A stretch of DNA of 64,000 nt from Hypanus sabinus. Lineage: Eukaryota. Made by a program: the position numbers and the translations under genes. The notes under the pieces are model-generated. The model saw only the letters and a program-made list of their open reading frames with translations. It ran no database searches and had not been told where the DNA came from. Positions 26,948 through 40,797 of this stretch are shown here, piece after piece. Position 1 is the first letter of the stretch. The number at the start of each line of letters is the position of its first letter. The stretch covers positions 28,148,001 through 28,212,000 of the forward strand of contig NC_082731.1 in the NCBI RefSeq assembly GCF_030144855.1, read 5' to 3'.

Positions 26948-28624
26948 TCAATTGCTCTGATCGTCCAGAACTACATAGGCTTTGATGGCCTTGTCTTTGG
27001 CTCCTTTAGGGTACAACTTAGTGAGGCAGATCTTTGAACAAGATCGGTTTGACTGAGCTTGACCGCAAACTTCTGTACAGCTCGAGCTGACGACAGTTGT
27101 CCTGGAGTGAGCCTCTCCCTCCCCGCCATCCTGTTGTGGGAGTGAAGGAGCGTTGTTGGTTTGCGGTAACGGGCCGGGATGCATGGCCCCATCTTGATTA
27201 GTGCTATTACATTCCAGACACTTCACGGCGATCGTACATTCTCTAGCGAAGTGAGAGGTTGAGGAACAGCATTTAAAACATATTCTTTTCTCCTTGAGAA
27301 GGGCCATCCTCTCTTCAAAGGATTTTTCCCTAAACGTTCTGCATTTTCTGAGGGGGTGGGGTTTGTTATGCAATGGACAATTCTTGCGAGGGTCATTGTT
27401 AGTTGTAAAGGCTTCAGTCTTAAGGACTGAGACGGGTTTCTCAATATTGAAATTATTCGAAGAGGATTTTTCTGGCTTGGTGTAAATTGTACTGCTTCCT
27501 GGACCCATGATGCTGGGGTCATTTTGCTTCTTTGCCTCCTTGCACACAAACCTAGTGAAATACTCAAAGGGAGGAAATCGACCATTATGCTCTTCTTTGT
27601 ACTCTGAGGCAACAGACACCCACCTGTCCTGCAGCCCAAATGGAAGTTTGTCCACGATTTGTCTAATCCCGGATGGAGTACCTAGGGTTACTAGACCAGT
27701 TGAGTAGCCATCTTCTTTGGCGCCTTGAATCTCCAAGAGTAATTCTCTGAGCTCCCTTAACTTAATGTGGTCCTTGGCTGACACCTTAGGAAAATTTTCC
27801 AGACGTTGGTATAGCGCCGCTTCAATAATTTCGGGGACAGCATAACCCTCCCGAAGTCTCTCCCATGCTTTGCTTAAGGCTAGCTCGGGTTTGTTGATGT
27901 ACACTGAACGTATGTGTCTCACCTGTTCGCATGATTCTTTTCCCAGCCATTTCGCCATAAGATCCAACTCTTGGGTTGCTTTGAGCTGGATTCTGTCGAT
28001 AGCGTTGGTGAATGTGGAGTACCATGCACGGTAATTTTCAGGTTTATCGTCAAACTGGTACAGTCCTGAAGTGATGAGATCTCGTCGTGCTAAATACTGT
28101 GCCAGGGGTTCAATTGCAAGTGGCATGCGGGCTAGGTAAATATGTCGGCGAGTATATAACCGAGGGTGTACCTCTGTTATGGAATTTGTTGTTCTGAATT
28201 CAGCCTTTGCCGCTCTTCTCGCCAAATCTGGTAAGTTTGGTGTCGAGAAGTATTTGTCATCAGCCCTTATGTTCTTGACTTCATCGTGGAGTTGCAAGGG
28301 TAAATTGTCTTCCTCAGATGGATGTGATGCAGTTGGGCCTCTCTGGGACCTCTCATGAAGTGGGGCGTTATCGTATAAGTATGGGGAGGAAGAACGAATC
28401 TTCCAGACTGTTTGAGATTGGACATAGTCGCTTGTGCGTCCCAATCTGGTCTTTTCTGAAGTAGATTTTACATCAACCAGATCGTGCATTTCTTCAGCAT
28501 CTTCTATGAACTCTGCTTCCACCCTGGCAGCTTCTTCTTCTCGTTCCAGCATCAACACTTCTAACTCTGCCGCTATCCTTGCCCTTTCCAACTGGTTTTG
28601 GGCTTCTCTGAAAACCTTTTCCAT
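26948..28624 (-). pseudogene. BEL/Pao gag-protease ORF (558 aa)
   Basis: FDDKPENYRAWYSTF capsid-like region, three Cys/His knuckles (CPLHNKPHPLRKC, CFKCCSSTSHFAREC, CLECNS) and the protease motif VVLDDQSN. Confidence 0.85.
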
Positions 28625-28921
28625 TTCTCTGGCAGCCGCTTCCTTCTAGTTTTCCGCTTCTCTGGCAGTGCGTAGAAAGACAACTTTCCTTGCTGGCGCT
28701 GGACTCGCACAAGTCTGGCCCCCACCTTCCCGTTTCTCCAAAACCGGTATTTTCCCACAGGACGCGGCGAAACCAGATGTGACGTCATTGCATGCCACGA
28801 TATATCACAGACAACGAATTTACGTTAAACAATCCTAACTTTAACTAGAAAATGCTAACAAACAAATTACTAAGCGAAAATATAATAAACTAAATAACTG
28901 CCATAAAGGCAACACAAAGAC

Positions 28922-30240
28922 CATATGATATAGGAGCAGAATTAGGTCATTTGGTCCCTCATGTCTGTTCCGCCATTTCATCATGACTGATCCCTTTTCC
29001 CTCTCAGCCCCAATCTCCTGTCTGCTCCCCATATACCTTCATGCACTGATTAATCACGAAAAATTAGCCTCTGCCTTGAATATGTCCAGACTTAGCCTCC
29101 ACAGCTGCCTGTGGTAGCAAATTCAACAGACTCTCTACACTCTGCTGAAAAAAATCATCCTCATCTCCATTCTAAAAGGAGCCCCCTCTATTCTGTCCGT
29201 CCGTCTTAGTCTCGCCCACCATCCTCTCCACATCCACTGTTATCAAGGCCTTTCAACATTTGATTGGTTTCAATAGGGTCACCACTCATTCTTCTGAATT
29301 CCAGTGAGTACATGAAATGCTCTCCATATGACAAGCCTTTCAATCCCAGAACCATTTTTGTGAATCTCCTTTGAACTCTCCCCAATGTCAGCACATTCTT
29401 TCTCAGATAAGGAACCCAAAAGTGCTCACAGTACTCCAAGTTGGGCCTCACCAATTCTTTCTAAAGCCTCAACATTACATCCTTGCGTTTATCTTGTGTT
29501 CCTCTTGGAATGAATGCTGACATCACATTTGCCTCCCTCACCAGCGACTCAACCTGCAAACTGACGTTTAGGAAATCTCACACAAGGACTCCCAAGTTCC
29601 TTTGCACTTCAGGTTTTTGAATTTTCTGTCCATTTAGGAAACAGCCTGCCCTTTTATTTCTTCTACCGAAGTGCATGGCCACACAATTCCGAACATTGTA
29701 TTCGATCTGCTGCTTCATTGCCCACTCTCCCAATCTGTCTTAGTCCTTCTGCAGCCTCTCTACTTCCCCAAAACTACCTGCCCCCCCACTCATCTTGATT
29801 CATACACAAACATTGCAACAAAGCCAACATTACCATCATCCAAGTCATTGACATTTTTCGTTAAAAGAAGCAGTCCCACTGCTAGTCATCGGCAGCCAAC
29901 CAGACAAGGTTCCCTTTTTTCCCATTCCTTGCCTCGTGGCAATCAGCCACTGTATCCATGCTAGTGTTTTCCTTGTAATACCATGGGCTCTTAACTTGTG
30001 ATGTAACCTCGTGTGCAGCGCCTTGTCGAATGCTTTTTGAAAATCCAAGTACACAATGTCCACTGATTCAATTCTGCTTGGTAAGTCTACAAAGAATTCC
30101 AACAAATTCCTCAGGCAAGGGTTTCCTTGAGAAAACCATGCTGACTGTGGCCTACTTCATGATGTGCCTCCAAGTACCCGGAAACTATAACCTTAACAAT
30201 CGACTCCAAAATCTTCCCAACCACTAAGATCAGAATAACT
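28922..30240 (-). mobile_element. CR1 LINE 3' fragment
   Basis: VRPNLEYCEHFWVPYLRKNVL and YLDFQKAFDK motifs. The 3' tail abuts the BEL TSD. Confidence 0.8.
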
Positions 30241-31159
30241 GGCCAAGTAATAGGGAACTCGATAGTTAGGGGGTCAGACAGGTGTTTCTGTGGACATGAT
30301 CAGGAGACCCAGATGGTAGTTTGCCTCCCTGGTGCCAGGGTCCGGGATGTTTCTGCTTGCATCCAAGATATCCTGAAGTGCGAGGGTGAGGAGCCAGAGG
30401 TCGTGGTACATGTAGGTACCAATGACATAGGTAGGAAAAGGGAAGAGGTCCTGAAAGGAGAGTATAGGGAGTTAGGAAGGCTGTTGAGAAGAAGGACCGC
30501 AAAGGTAGCAATCACAGGATTACTGCCTGTACCACACGACAGTGAGAGTAGGAATGAAATGAGGTGGAGGAAAAATGCATGGCTGAGGGATTGGAGTGGG
30601 GGCAGGGATTCAAGTTTCTGGATCCTTGGGACCTCTTTTGGGACAGGTGTGACCTGTACAAAAAGGATGGGTTACACTTGAATCCTAAGGAGACCAATAT
30701 CCTGGCAGGTAGGTTTAATAGAGCTGTAAGGGAGGGTTCAAACTAATTTGGCAGGGGGATTGGAAGCAGAATGATGGAGCGGAGGAGAGGGAAAACAGAA
30801 ATAGATCTAAGGTAGTGAGCAGTAAGGATGTCAGGAAGGACAGGCAGATGATGGAGCAAATTTGCAGCCATTGGGATGAGTTGCAGAGCAATCAATGCAA
30901 AACGTAGCAAATACTGGACTTAAAGTGTTATTCATAAATGCACGCAGCATAAGGAATAAGGTGGATGATCTTTTTGTTTGGCTACAGATTGGCAGGTATG
31001 ATTTTGTGGCTTTCACTGAGATGTGGCTAAAGGATGCATATCCCTGGGAGCTGAATGTCCAAGGATATACGGTGTATTGGAAGGATAGACAGTTAGGTAG
31101 AGGGGTGGCGTGGCTTTAATGGTAAGAAATGATATTAAATCATTAGAAAGAGTTGACAT

Positions 31160-34100
31160 GTTTTCCGGTGAATTCATCGTCGAGAGTGGCAGCTTAAGTC
31201 AATAGCTCCTCTGGAAAAACGTGTATTAAGCCCCATTAACCCATCAAATGTAGTATTTTTTGAAAAATATTTGAACTGAAAAGAGGGGCAAGAATGGGGG
31301 AAAAGAATGGAAATAAAAAAACGACACTGTGGAGCCTGCGGCCGAGAGGAGTGCAGCGAGTGGCTCTCCAACCCAACCGTGTGCTAGCAAGGCAGACGCC
31401 GGGCCTCGTTCAGGCGAAGCGGCAAATATGATCGAAATTTTGAAGGAGACAAGGGAGTTCCAGAAAGATATAAAGCAGCAGCTAAATGATATTAAGTGAG
31501 AGCTCGCCAACGTCAATCAAAAAGTAGTGGTGGCAGAGAATCGAATTGAGAAGGTGGAAGATCGCTTTCAAAACGTAGAACGGATACTGAGAAAGACGAT
31601 AAAAATATTAAATCACCAAGAAGGTAAACTGCTTGACCTGAAGGGAAGAGCATGGCGGAAAAATATCAGAATATACAACGTTCCCGAAGGAGCAGAGGGC
31701 TTGTCTATGACGGAGTTCATCAGAAAGTTGCTGGAGCTTCCCTCAACTATGGAGCTGGAAATCGAGAGAGCCCATTCTGCGCTTAGCCCGAAGCCTACCC
31801 AAGATAGAGCAGATAAGCCACGCTCAACAATAATTAAATTCCTTCGTTACAATACCAAGGCGGAGATTCTACGAAGGGCCTGGGGTAAGAAGAGAGTGCT
31901 TTTCGATGATAAATTAATATATTTCGACCGAGATCCACCCCCCCCCCACCCCGCAGTCCTGCAGAAATGTAAGGAATACTCTGAAGTAATGTGAATCAAA
32001 CCGAGGGAAAGCTTGGCAGAGGAGTTACCCTGCTCCGCTTGGGAAATAGTGTGAGAATCGAGAAGGCAGGAGATGGGAGGAGGCCGAGAGAAGTATATCA
32101 GGAAGAGACCGGGAGTTTTCCAAAGACAGCCCTCATCCCCTCCAGAAGAGCCATAATGTTTGGCTAACTGTTAAAAATGTTGAGAAACTAAATGGAAGCA
32201 AAAGTAGATGGTGATATACCTATCTCAAGAAATACTTATTATAATGTGGATTTTATATTACCTAGTTGTTATTCTTTGTTCGCTCACTCCTTTTCCCCAC
32301 CAAAATGAGAATATATATATGTGTGCATATATATGTTTGTTTGTAGAAATTGTGTGTGTGTGTAGGAGTACACAGGGAATTATTTTCTGTGTAATGGATT
32401 TGTTCTCTGACTTTTATGAATACTGCAATGGGGGCCCTCAACTCACAAGTAGGAGGGGTTATCCCCCACAGCTAGACATTTCCTCTCGCTCAACGCAGGG
32501 TCATCTACTAGAGACCTCAGCCTTGGAATCACATGTTTGTTTGCCATTTTTGTTAGTATTTGCCTTTCTTGGTTCTTATTTGCTCAGGGAGTAGATTGAT
32601 TAAGTTTTATTCTGCTAATTTCAAGGATATATTGACAGATAAATACAGATGGCTAAGGACAAAGTAAAATTCATTTCTTTTAATTTCAATGGGCTATTAA
32701 ATCCAATCAAATGAAATAGAATTTTATCCAAAATGAGAAAAGAACAAGCCCATGTAGTATATTTACAGGAAACTCATTTAAGTGATAATGAGCATGGAAA
32801 AGTAAAGAGAATCGGCTTCACTAATTTGTTTTTCTCATAAAAATCAAGACATAGGAGAGGAGTAGCTATTCTTATCTCAAGTAAGCTAAATTTTGAAAAA
32901 GTATTCGAAATGGGAGATAAAGAGGGCAGGTATATTCTGGTAAGGGGGAATATAGACAGAAATTCAGTTACTCTATTGAATATATATGCACCCCCGGGAA
33001 GTGATATTGTTTTCTTTCAGAAAATTACTGATATTATGGTAGCGGAAACAGAAGGTCTCCTGATATGTGGGGGAGACTTAAATTTACAATTACAACCAAA
33101 CTTAGACTCTTCTAATAGAAAAACCTATTCCAAAATCCTTACATAAGAAAGTTAATACACTTTTTGAGGATGTTTGTTTCATTGATATATGGAGGGACCT
33201 TTTCCCCGACAGAAGGGATTACACTCATTATTTTGCTCCTCATTCTGTATATACAAGAATAGATTATTTCATAACATTTGGAAAAGACAAAGACAAAATA
33301 AACACCTGTGGAATTGGGACAATAAATGTAAGTGACCATGCACCTATAAATCTGTTGATTTTGACCTACAACCAAAGAATACTATTTGGAAACTAAATTC
33401 AAGTCTACTCAATGATCCATACTTTAAGGAACAAATTAAAAAAGAAATTGGTCTCTACTTGGAATCTAATGATAATGGAGAGGTTTCACTTCCCATTCTA
33501 TGGGATACTCTGAAGTCTGTCTTAGAAGGGAAAATTATAACGATATCTTCATACAAGAAAAAAATAAGGAATAAAACATTAGAGGAGTTACAAAATAGGC
33601 TAAAGAAAATAGAGCAAAAAATGAATTTGGGACAGGATACATTAGGGGAAATTAAAAAAAAAGTTAGGAATGAAATTAGTAGTTTGGCTACGCAAGAAAT
33701 CAGGAAAAATGTAATGTTTCTGAAACAGAGACATTATAAAAGTGGATCAAAGTCTATGAAAATACTGGCGTGGAAACTGAACAAAAGATAGCAGAAAATA
33801 CAATTCATAGAATTAGGGACCCAAGAACGAAAATGATAAAATAATAAGGTAAGTGAAATTCAAGAATCTTTTGAAGTGTTTTACAAAACTCTATATTCCA
33901 AAGTTCTAGGGGGAAGCATAACCCAAATTGACACCTTATTGAATTCTCTAGAGTTACCCACTTTAAGCGAAGAACAAAATACTTTGTAGAACGATGACTG
34001 CTGACATAACTGAAGTTGAATTAAAAGCTGCGATTAGTAGGCTTAAATTATGCAAATCACCAAGATCAGATGGATATATGGCAGAGTGATACAAAGAATT

Positions 34101-37100
34101 TCAAAATGAGTTAATTCCTGTTTTACTCCCCACACTGAACTGGGCTCTAAAAAAGGCACAAATGCCACCCAGTTGGAAGGAAGCAATAATCTCAGCTATA
34201 CCGAAAGAAGTCAAGGATAACATGGAATGCGGGTCATTTAGACCAATATCCTTTCTTAATGTAGATTATAGATTATTTACCTCTATCATGGCCAAAAGCT
34301 TAGAGGAGTTTCTACCCATGCTGATACGTAACGATCAGACAGATTTTATACGACAACAACAAACACAAGACATTATACAAAGGATATTTCACATTATGGA
34401 TCATATTCAAAAAAATAAATCGAAGCAATAGTGATAAGCGTGGACGATGAAAAGGCATTTGATTCGGTTAATTGGAATTTCCTTTACAGAATTTTACATA
34501 GATTTGGTTTCCAAGACACAATTATTAAAACAATACAGAAACTATATGAAAACGCTACTGCTAGGATTTAAAAAAATGGATATTTATCAAATAGTCTTAC
34601 CCTAGAAAGGGGCACGAGACAAGGTTGTGCATGGTCACCGCTACTCTTCGCATTATATCTGGAACCATTAGCTCAATACATCAGACAAAATGAAGATTTC
34701 AGGGGAATTTCTATTAAAGGGACAGAGCATAAATCGGCTTGTTATGCTGATGACATTTTGATCTATCTATGGCAACCAACATACTCTTTACCTAAATTGA
34801 TGCAATCCTTTGAACAATATGGTCAATTATCAGGATACAAGATCAACATAGATAAAACCCAATTACTTTCATATTACTGTAGCCCACCAAGGGAAATTGA
34901 AAGTAGATAACCCTGGGCATGGCAAAAAGAGTCTTTCAAATATTTGGGCATCATTATGCCAAAAGATTTGACAAAATTATCAGAATGTAATTATTAGCCT
35001 TTATATAAAAAATTAAGGAAGATATGGCAAGGTGGAACCTGATTCCTCTTTTCAGTCTCAGTTCAAGGATTGTGTCTATTAAAATGAATATACTGCCCAG
35101 ACTGTTATATCTCTTTCAGACCCTACCAATAGAGATTAATCAAAATCAATTCAATGAGTAGAACAAGAATTTATCAAGGTATATTTGGCAGGGTAAACGG
35201 CCCAGAGTTCATCTCAAAACTGAGCAATCAGCCAAGGAAAAGGGGGGATGGGGCCTACCTTCTCTTAGAGATTATTATTTTGCTGTGATATGTTGGTGCA
35301 ACCTATCATATGATGCTCAATGGAAAAACATTGAGGAGCAGGTACTTCCCCATACAAGCAATTTTGGCTGATAACAACCTGCAAAGGTACTTAAGTACTA
35401 TAGATAATCCATGGGTGAAATATACTCTTAAAATAGGGAAAACTACTATAAAAGAATATAATCTAGAGGGAGATATTGTAATTCTTAAATAGTGTGCATA
35501 TGACTCAGATTTTACACCAAATAAATTGGATGCTAGATTTAAGGACTGGACAGCTAAAGGAATAACAGTTCATTGCAACTTAAAGAAGGAACACTGTTCA
35601 GTTTTGAAATGTGTTACAAAATTCCCATAACTGGATCACTTACCAGCAAAGATAGAGAGGTCCGTTGAAGTCTGATGATACTATTTTTAAAAGTTTTTAT
35701 TTATAAAGGGGCACAAAATAAGATTAATACAGACATTCAGATAATATACGTCATCAATACTCAATCTGAAAACGTGGGTATAATAAAAATCATCAATTAA
35801 GCAATAGCTCTATCATTTGTCTAGGGGATATTGTATTGTCCGATGGAAAGATAAAAGTCACTGCCCTTTCAAGCTGCAGCTCTTTGGGTTTAAGAGAGAG
35901 ACGGTTTGAAACTTGCCCGGGTCTTTTGTGAGGCCAATCCGTTGAGTCGGGGGGAGTTGGTTCCCCGTTGTTAGTTCCAAGTCATTTTCCGTGGTACCAG
36001 CCACCAGGCAAGGGAACCGAACACACGTGGCTTCCTTCAAATGGTTTCCCGCTATTATGGGATCGCTAGCGTTTCTTCTGATGCATCTGAGGGGCAGTCC
36101 CTACAGCCCCTCTTTTATCTTAACTCGCAGGGTAGTAGATGTCAATCAGGTTGGGGTGATGCAATCTCTCTCACAACCAGCCCACTCTGCCCGAGGGCTT
36201 GCACGTAGCATAGTCCCCAGTCCACAAACATTGTCTCCAGGAGACAATGGCCATGTCTCTCTCTCATTTCCTGGGTCCTCTGACCCAACCCAATAATGCT
36301 CTTGTTATTCTCACAAAGGAGGGGGCTACCCCGCACCCTTTGGCCCCTCAGAACTGTGGTACATTTATAACACCCCCTTTCTTCAAAGCGCTTTCACCAG
36401 CGGTGAAACGAAATAGTACAGAGTCTTACAGGGTTTTAGAATCTAACACAATACAAAAGTTTTTTTTTCTCTCTACAGAGTAATACAGTGATACATTCAA
36501 TTCAGGATCTAAACAGTTAACGATTTCAGTGTCACTTTCTTTTAATATTTTAACATCTTGTACCTCACTAAAGTCTTGTAGCATCAGACTTCAACTTAAA
36601 TACCAACCATTTTCTTTTCTTCAGCAACAAAACTAAGGAGTTGTGATCTTAGCTTACGTGCATCTACAAAAGTTTATGTGCATACTAATCTTTTCGGTCA
36701 TTTTCAACTTAACAGGCAGGCTTCCAAGGGGGTTGTCTTTATTATTCACAGGCTTTGGCAAAATCCCGTACAACCTGCTTTGCTATTTAAATTGGCATCC
36801 CCATTAACCGTCGCCCCTTTTCCAGTGAGTTCGCATGTGGGGAACTTGAGTAATCTGGCGAGGTAACCTCCCACCCGCCTTTTTCATAGGGGTTATTTTA
36901 TCAACACCGTGTCCCAAACTTAGACCATTTCCACCCAATTCTTTAATTTTACACAGATGGCTAGCCCTCTCGTCAGGACCCTTCAGGCTATTGGTTTTTA
37001 ATTCGAACTGTTTGTTCAAGCAGCATTTCGAATTCGGCCTCTTCACACCACATCCTGGCATAACAATAGAGTGGGGGGCCCACTATCTCCCGGCTTACTC

Positions 37101-40100
37101 TGTAAGCGATCTGCCGGGTTTAAAATTTCTTCATTCGACTTGGGAACTACAGATTTTCTGTTTCCTTCAATAATAGTTCTTATCTCCCCATTCTTAAATT
37201 CTGCATTAACTTTGAACACACCTTCAAGCACAAACACCTGGGAACTCTCACTTCCCACTGTTACCAAGGTTAACCCTTTTTTCACTGAACCAAGTCTATC
37301 TGACCCACAAGGACGGCCGCCCCGTTCCACTGAATCAAATACCTCAGACTTTTTCTGAGCTCCGTTAGTAGGTTCAGTACCACATGCATCCCCATCTTGG
37401 ACACACTCAAATGGGACATTGACCTCTTCCAGGCTTTCAATACCCGTTCCCTTTTCAAATTCTAAGTTCCCCCGTTTCTCCCAGGTACTCTCTGGGCAAC
37501 TCCATTCCGGAGTAAACTCAACCCTGCAGGCTGAAACAACCTCATCTGCCAACCCAGCAGACTTCTTCGAGGTAATGACATCCTTTTCCTTTAGAACTGC
37601 CCTCATTTCATTATCGGCAACACCTTTAGAATTTTCAACTTCTTCAAACAGTTCTGCCAAACCAGACAGATCATCCTTGTCCAACTCTGGACCTCTTAAC
37701 CGCTCTATCGGTTCCTCATCTTTATTTTCTGCCTTTAGGACCTTTCTCTTCGCTAAGGGCAGATCTACCTCCGCTCCCTTACCCTCTTTCACTTTACTAC
37801 TCTTCGTTTTCCCACCCTCTAAACCCTCGTGGTACAGGGTCGGTAGAAACATCTCGGCCAAATCAAAACTGGCCAGATTTAAACTGCTTTCGTTCTCAGC
37901 TGCCTTTCTCGACAGGCTGCGAGTGACCATGCATGCAGGATAGATCTGGGACTCGAGGGGCGGAGCCTCAACACCGGCCGGCTGGTCCTCGTCATGGCTG
38001 CCCAAACCTTACCAGCTGCTAAATCGTTACTGAGAAGGACGTCTGCGTCAGTACTCGGGAATTCTGTTGGCACCCCTATTTCAACGGGTCCAGACACCAG
38101 CTCACAATCCATAATGACCTCATGTAAGGGCACCATTTCTATCTTTTTATTTATTCCCCTCACTGCTACCATTCCCGTTTTCTGACCAAATTCTAGTACC
38201 TTTCTGCTGATCAACGACAGCTCAGCCCCCGTGTCTCTCCAGATTCGTACGGGAATTGGTGGGTCCCCCTTCCTCAAAGACACGGTTCCGTGTGACAGAC
38301 AAGTCTCAGACCCTTCTTGCACTCTGTCTACCCGGGGCTCTCTTGTCAATTTACTGATAACCACTGCACATCCGAGAGGGACTGCTGCTTTCCCTTTTCC
38401 CGTCTCCCTCCTCAGAGCAAAGCACCGAGACGCAACATGCCCGCTCTTCCCACAACTAAAACAGGTCAAGCCCTGAAATCTCTGGCCGTCTGGCCTTTTC
38501 CCTTCACCTCTAACTCCTTTAGCTGGCGCGCATGCTCCCTTTGTTTGTTGGCCCTTTCTCTCTCTCTCTCTTTCTTGGCTCTTTCTCTCTCTCTCTCTTT
38601 CTCGGCTGCTTCCAGCTGCTTTAACTTAATTTCATGTTCCAACCTTAATTTCTCCAACTCTAACTGAGCCGTCCCACTAGCTGGTACTTTTTCAGGGATA
38701 TTTTCCAATACCTCAGCTGCAAACACATTCTTCTCGATGTAATACTGAGTTATGGCCCTTCGCACCTCCCGCTTTTTCATTGACGACCTCACCTCTGCGA
38801 GGCTTAACCCCTTCGCCAAATTTACCAAGTCTGATTTGGTGGCCGCCTCTAGCGCCTCCAGAGTTGGGTTTTCTATAAATTCATCCACGTCCATCTTTGC
38901 TGGTTTCCCGTCTGGCTACCCGCATACCAGATCCAAGTTTGGACTTACAAGCCCGATTCACTGGCTCCCCAATTTGGTTTCAAATCTCGAGACAAGAACC
39001 CCAATTGTTACGAAATTCTCGTAACTGGATCACTTACCAGCAAAGATAGAGAGGTCCGTTGAAGTCTGATGGTACTATTTTTAAAAGTCTTTATTTATAA
39101 ATGGGCACAAAATAAGATTAATACAGACATTCAGATAATATACGTCGTCAATACGCAATCTAAAAACGCAGGTATAATAATAATCATCAATTAAGCAATA
39201 GCTCTATCGTTTGTCTAGGGGATATTGTATTGTCCGATGGAAAGATAAAAGTCACTGCCCTTTCAAGCTGCAGCTCTTTGGGTTTAAGAGAGAGACGGTT
39301 TGAAACTTGCCCGGGTCTTTTCTGAGGCCAATCCGTTGAGTCGGGGGGAGTTGGTTCCCCGTTGTTAGTTCCAAGTCGTTTTCCGTGGTACCAGCCACCA
39401 GCCCCCAGGCAAGGGAACCGAACGCACATGGCTTCCTACAAATGGCTTCCCGCTATTACGGGATCGCTAGCGTTTCTTCTGGTGCATCTAAAGGGCTGTC
39501 CCTACAGCCCCTCTTTTATCTTAACTCGCAGGGTAGTAGATGTCAATCAGGTTGGGGTGATGCAATCTCTCTCACAACCAGCCCACTTTGCCCGCGGGCT
39601 TGCACGTAGCATAGTCCCCAGTCCACAAACGTTGTCTCCAGGAGACAATGGCCATGTCTCTCTCTCATATCCTGGGTCCTCTGACCCAACCCAATAATGC
39701 TCTTGCGATTCTCACAAAGGAGGGGGCTACCTCGCACCCTTTGGCCCCTCAGAGCTGTGGTACAGTCATAACAAATGCTTAAAGAGAAACACTATTAGAA
39801 AAACAAGATTTTTATTGATATTTACAGATGTGACAATATGTTAATAAGACATTTAAAAATGTAACCAAGGCAAGTACATACTTGAGCTATTTTGAAAAAC
39901 ATATAATTCAGATAATGGTTGTAGAATCATTTCAAGCATGTATAAGGGGTTATCAAATTTTAAAACACATTCGACTTCATACATAAAACAAAATGGTAGA
40001 AGGAAGGAAGGATAATTATATCTGAGGAAGAATGAACAATAATATGGAGTTATAAATGGAAGTGTACCAGTTCACAGAAATGGAGGGAGTTTGGATGGAA

Positions 40101-40797
40101 AAACTTCATAAGATATTTTATTACACCTCTCAGAAATCCCATTATGATAGTAACCTCTCTGTTTGCTGGAGAAATTGTGGAAGTCAAAATGCAAATAATT
40201 ATCATATTTTTTGGGACTGCCCTGTTATCAAAAACTATTGGAGGGGGACACTCAATGCCCTACAAGATATCTTTAAATGTGAAATACCCTTAGAGAGTAA
40301 GACCATATATTTTGGATATATACCTTAAGAATGGTTGAAAAGAGATAAATATTTAATGAATATACTGTTGGTGGCTGGGAAAAAGACGCTTACTAGGAAA
40401 TGGTTCTCGCAGGAGAGCCCAATTTTAAATGCATGGATGGAAATTACAATGGACATTTACAAAATGGAGAAGATAACAGCATCTGTTAATCATAAGCTGG
40501 AACAATTTGATTCATACTGGGAAAAATAATTTAACTACATAATGCCTCATAGGCCTGATTTTATTCTCATAAATCAATGAATATGTTGTAAAAAAATCAC
40601 TCCCTACTTGTACATAGTTTTTTCCTTTTGCTTGTTTTCTCTTTCTGCTATTTTCTATAAGTGTATACCTCAAGTAACTACTTTCTGGGGATTTGTGCTA
40701 TATTTGATTATATGATATATATGTACAATGTCTGAAACACATCTTATGGAAATGTTTGATGATCTTCAATATAAAAAAATAAATTACAAAAAAAACA
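31160..40797 (+). mobile_element. Full-length L1 LINE, disrupted, carrying a nested Gmr1-like element
   Basis: TSD AAAGAGTTGACAT at 31147-31159 and 40798-40810. ORF1 reads GRAWRKNIRIYNVPEG...IERAH; ORF2 EN/RT remnants from 32650; C-terminal CWRNCG...HIFWDC zinc motif; A-rich tail. Confidence 0.9.
35612..39773 (-). mobile_element. Internally deleted (non-autonomous) Gmr1-like Gypsy element, 4.16 kb
   Basis: LTRs at 39006-39773 and 35612-36372, TSD AATG (35608-35611, 39774-39777), degenerate Pro-like PBS TGGGGTTCTTGTCTCGAGAT, PPT AAAGGGGG. Gag N-terminus, CFSCGKSGHVASRC knuckle and PR (WRDTGAE) are present. No IN or RT core was recognised. Confidence 0.88.

Larger units (their letters stand above)
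13080..28916 (-). mobile_element. BEL/Pao LTR retrotransposon, internally deleted, with a Gmr1-like element nested in its 3' LTR
   Basis: 5-bp TSD AAGAC at 13075-13079 and 28917-28921. Partial 5' LTR at about 28667-28916. The 3' LTR is split into 25097-25595 and 13080-13255 and is preceded by the purine tract AAGCGGGGAG. Gag, protease and integrase C-terminal motifs are present. Confidence 0.9.

Noticed and set aside
38545-38605. (CT)n double repeat
   Set aside because: It encodes the ERERER coiled-coil of the retrotransposon gag and is not an independent feature.
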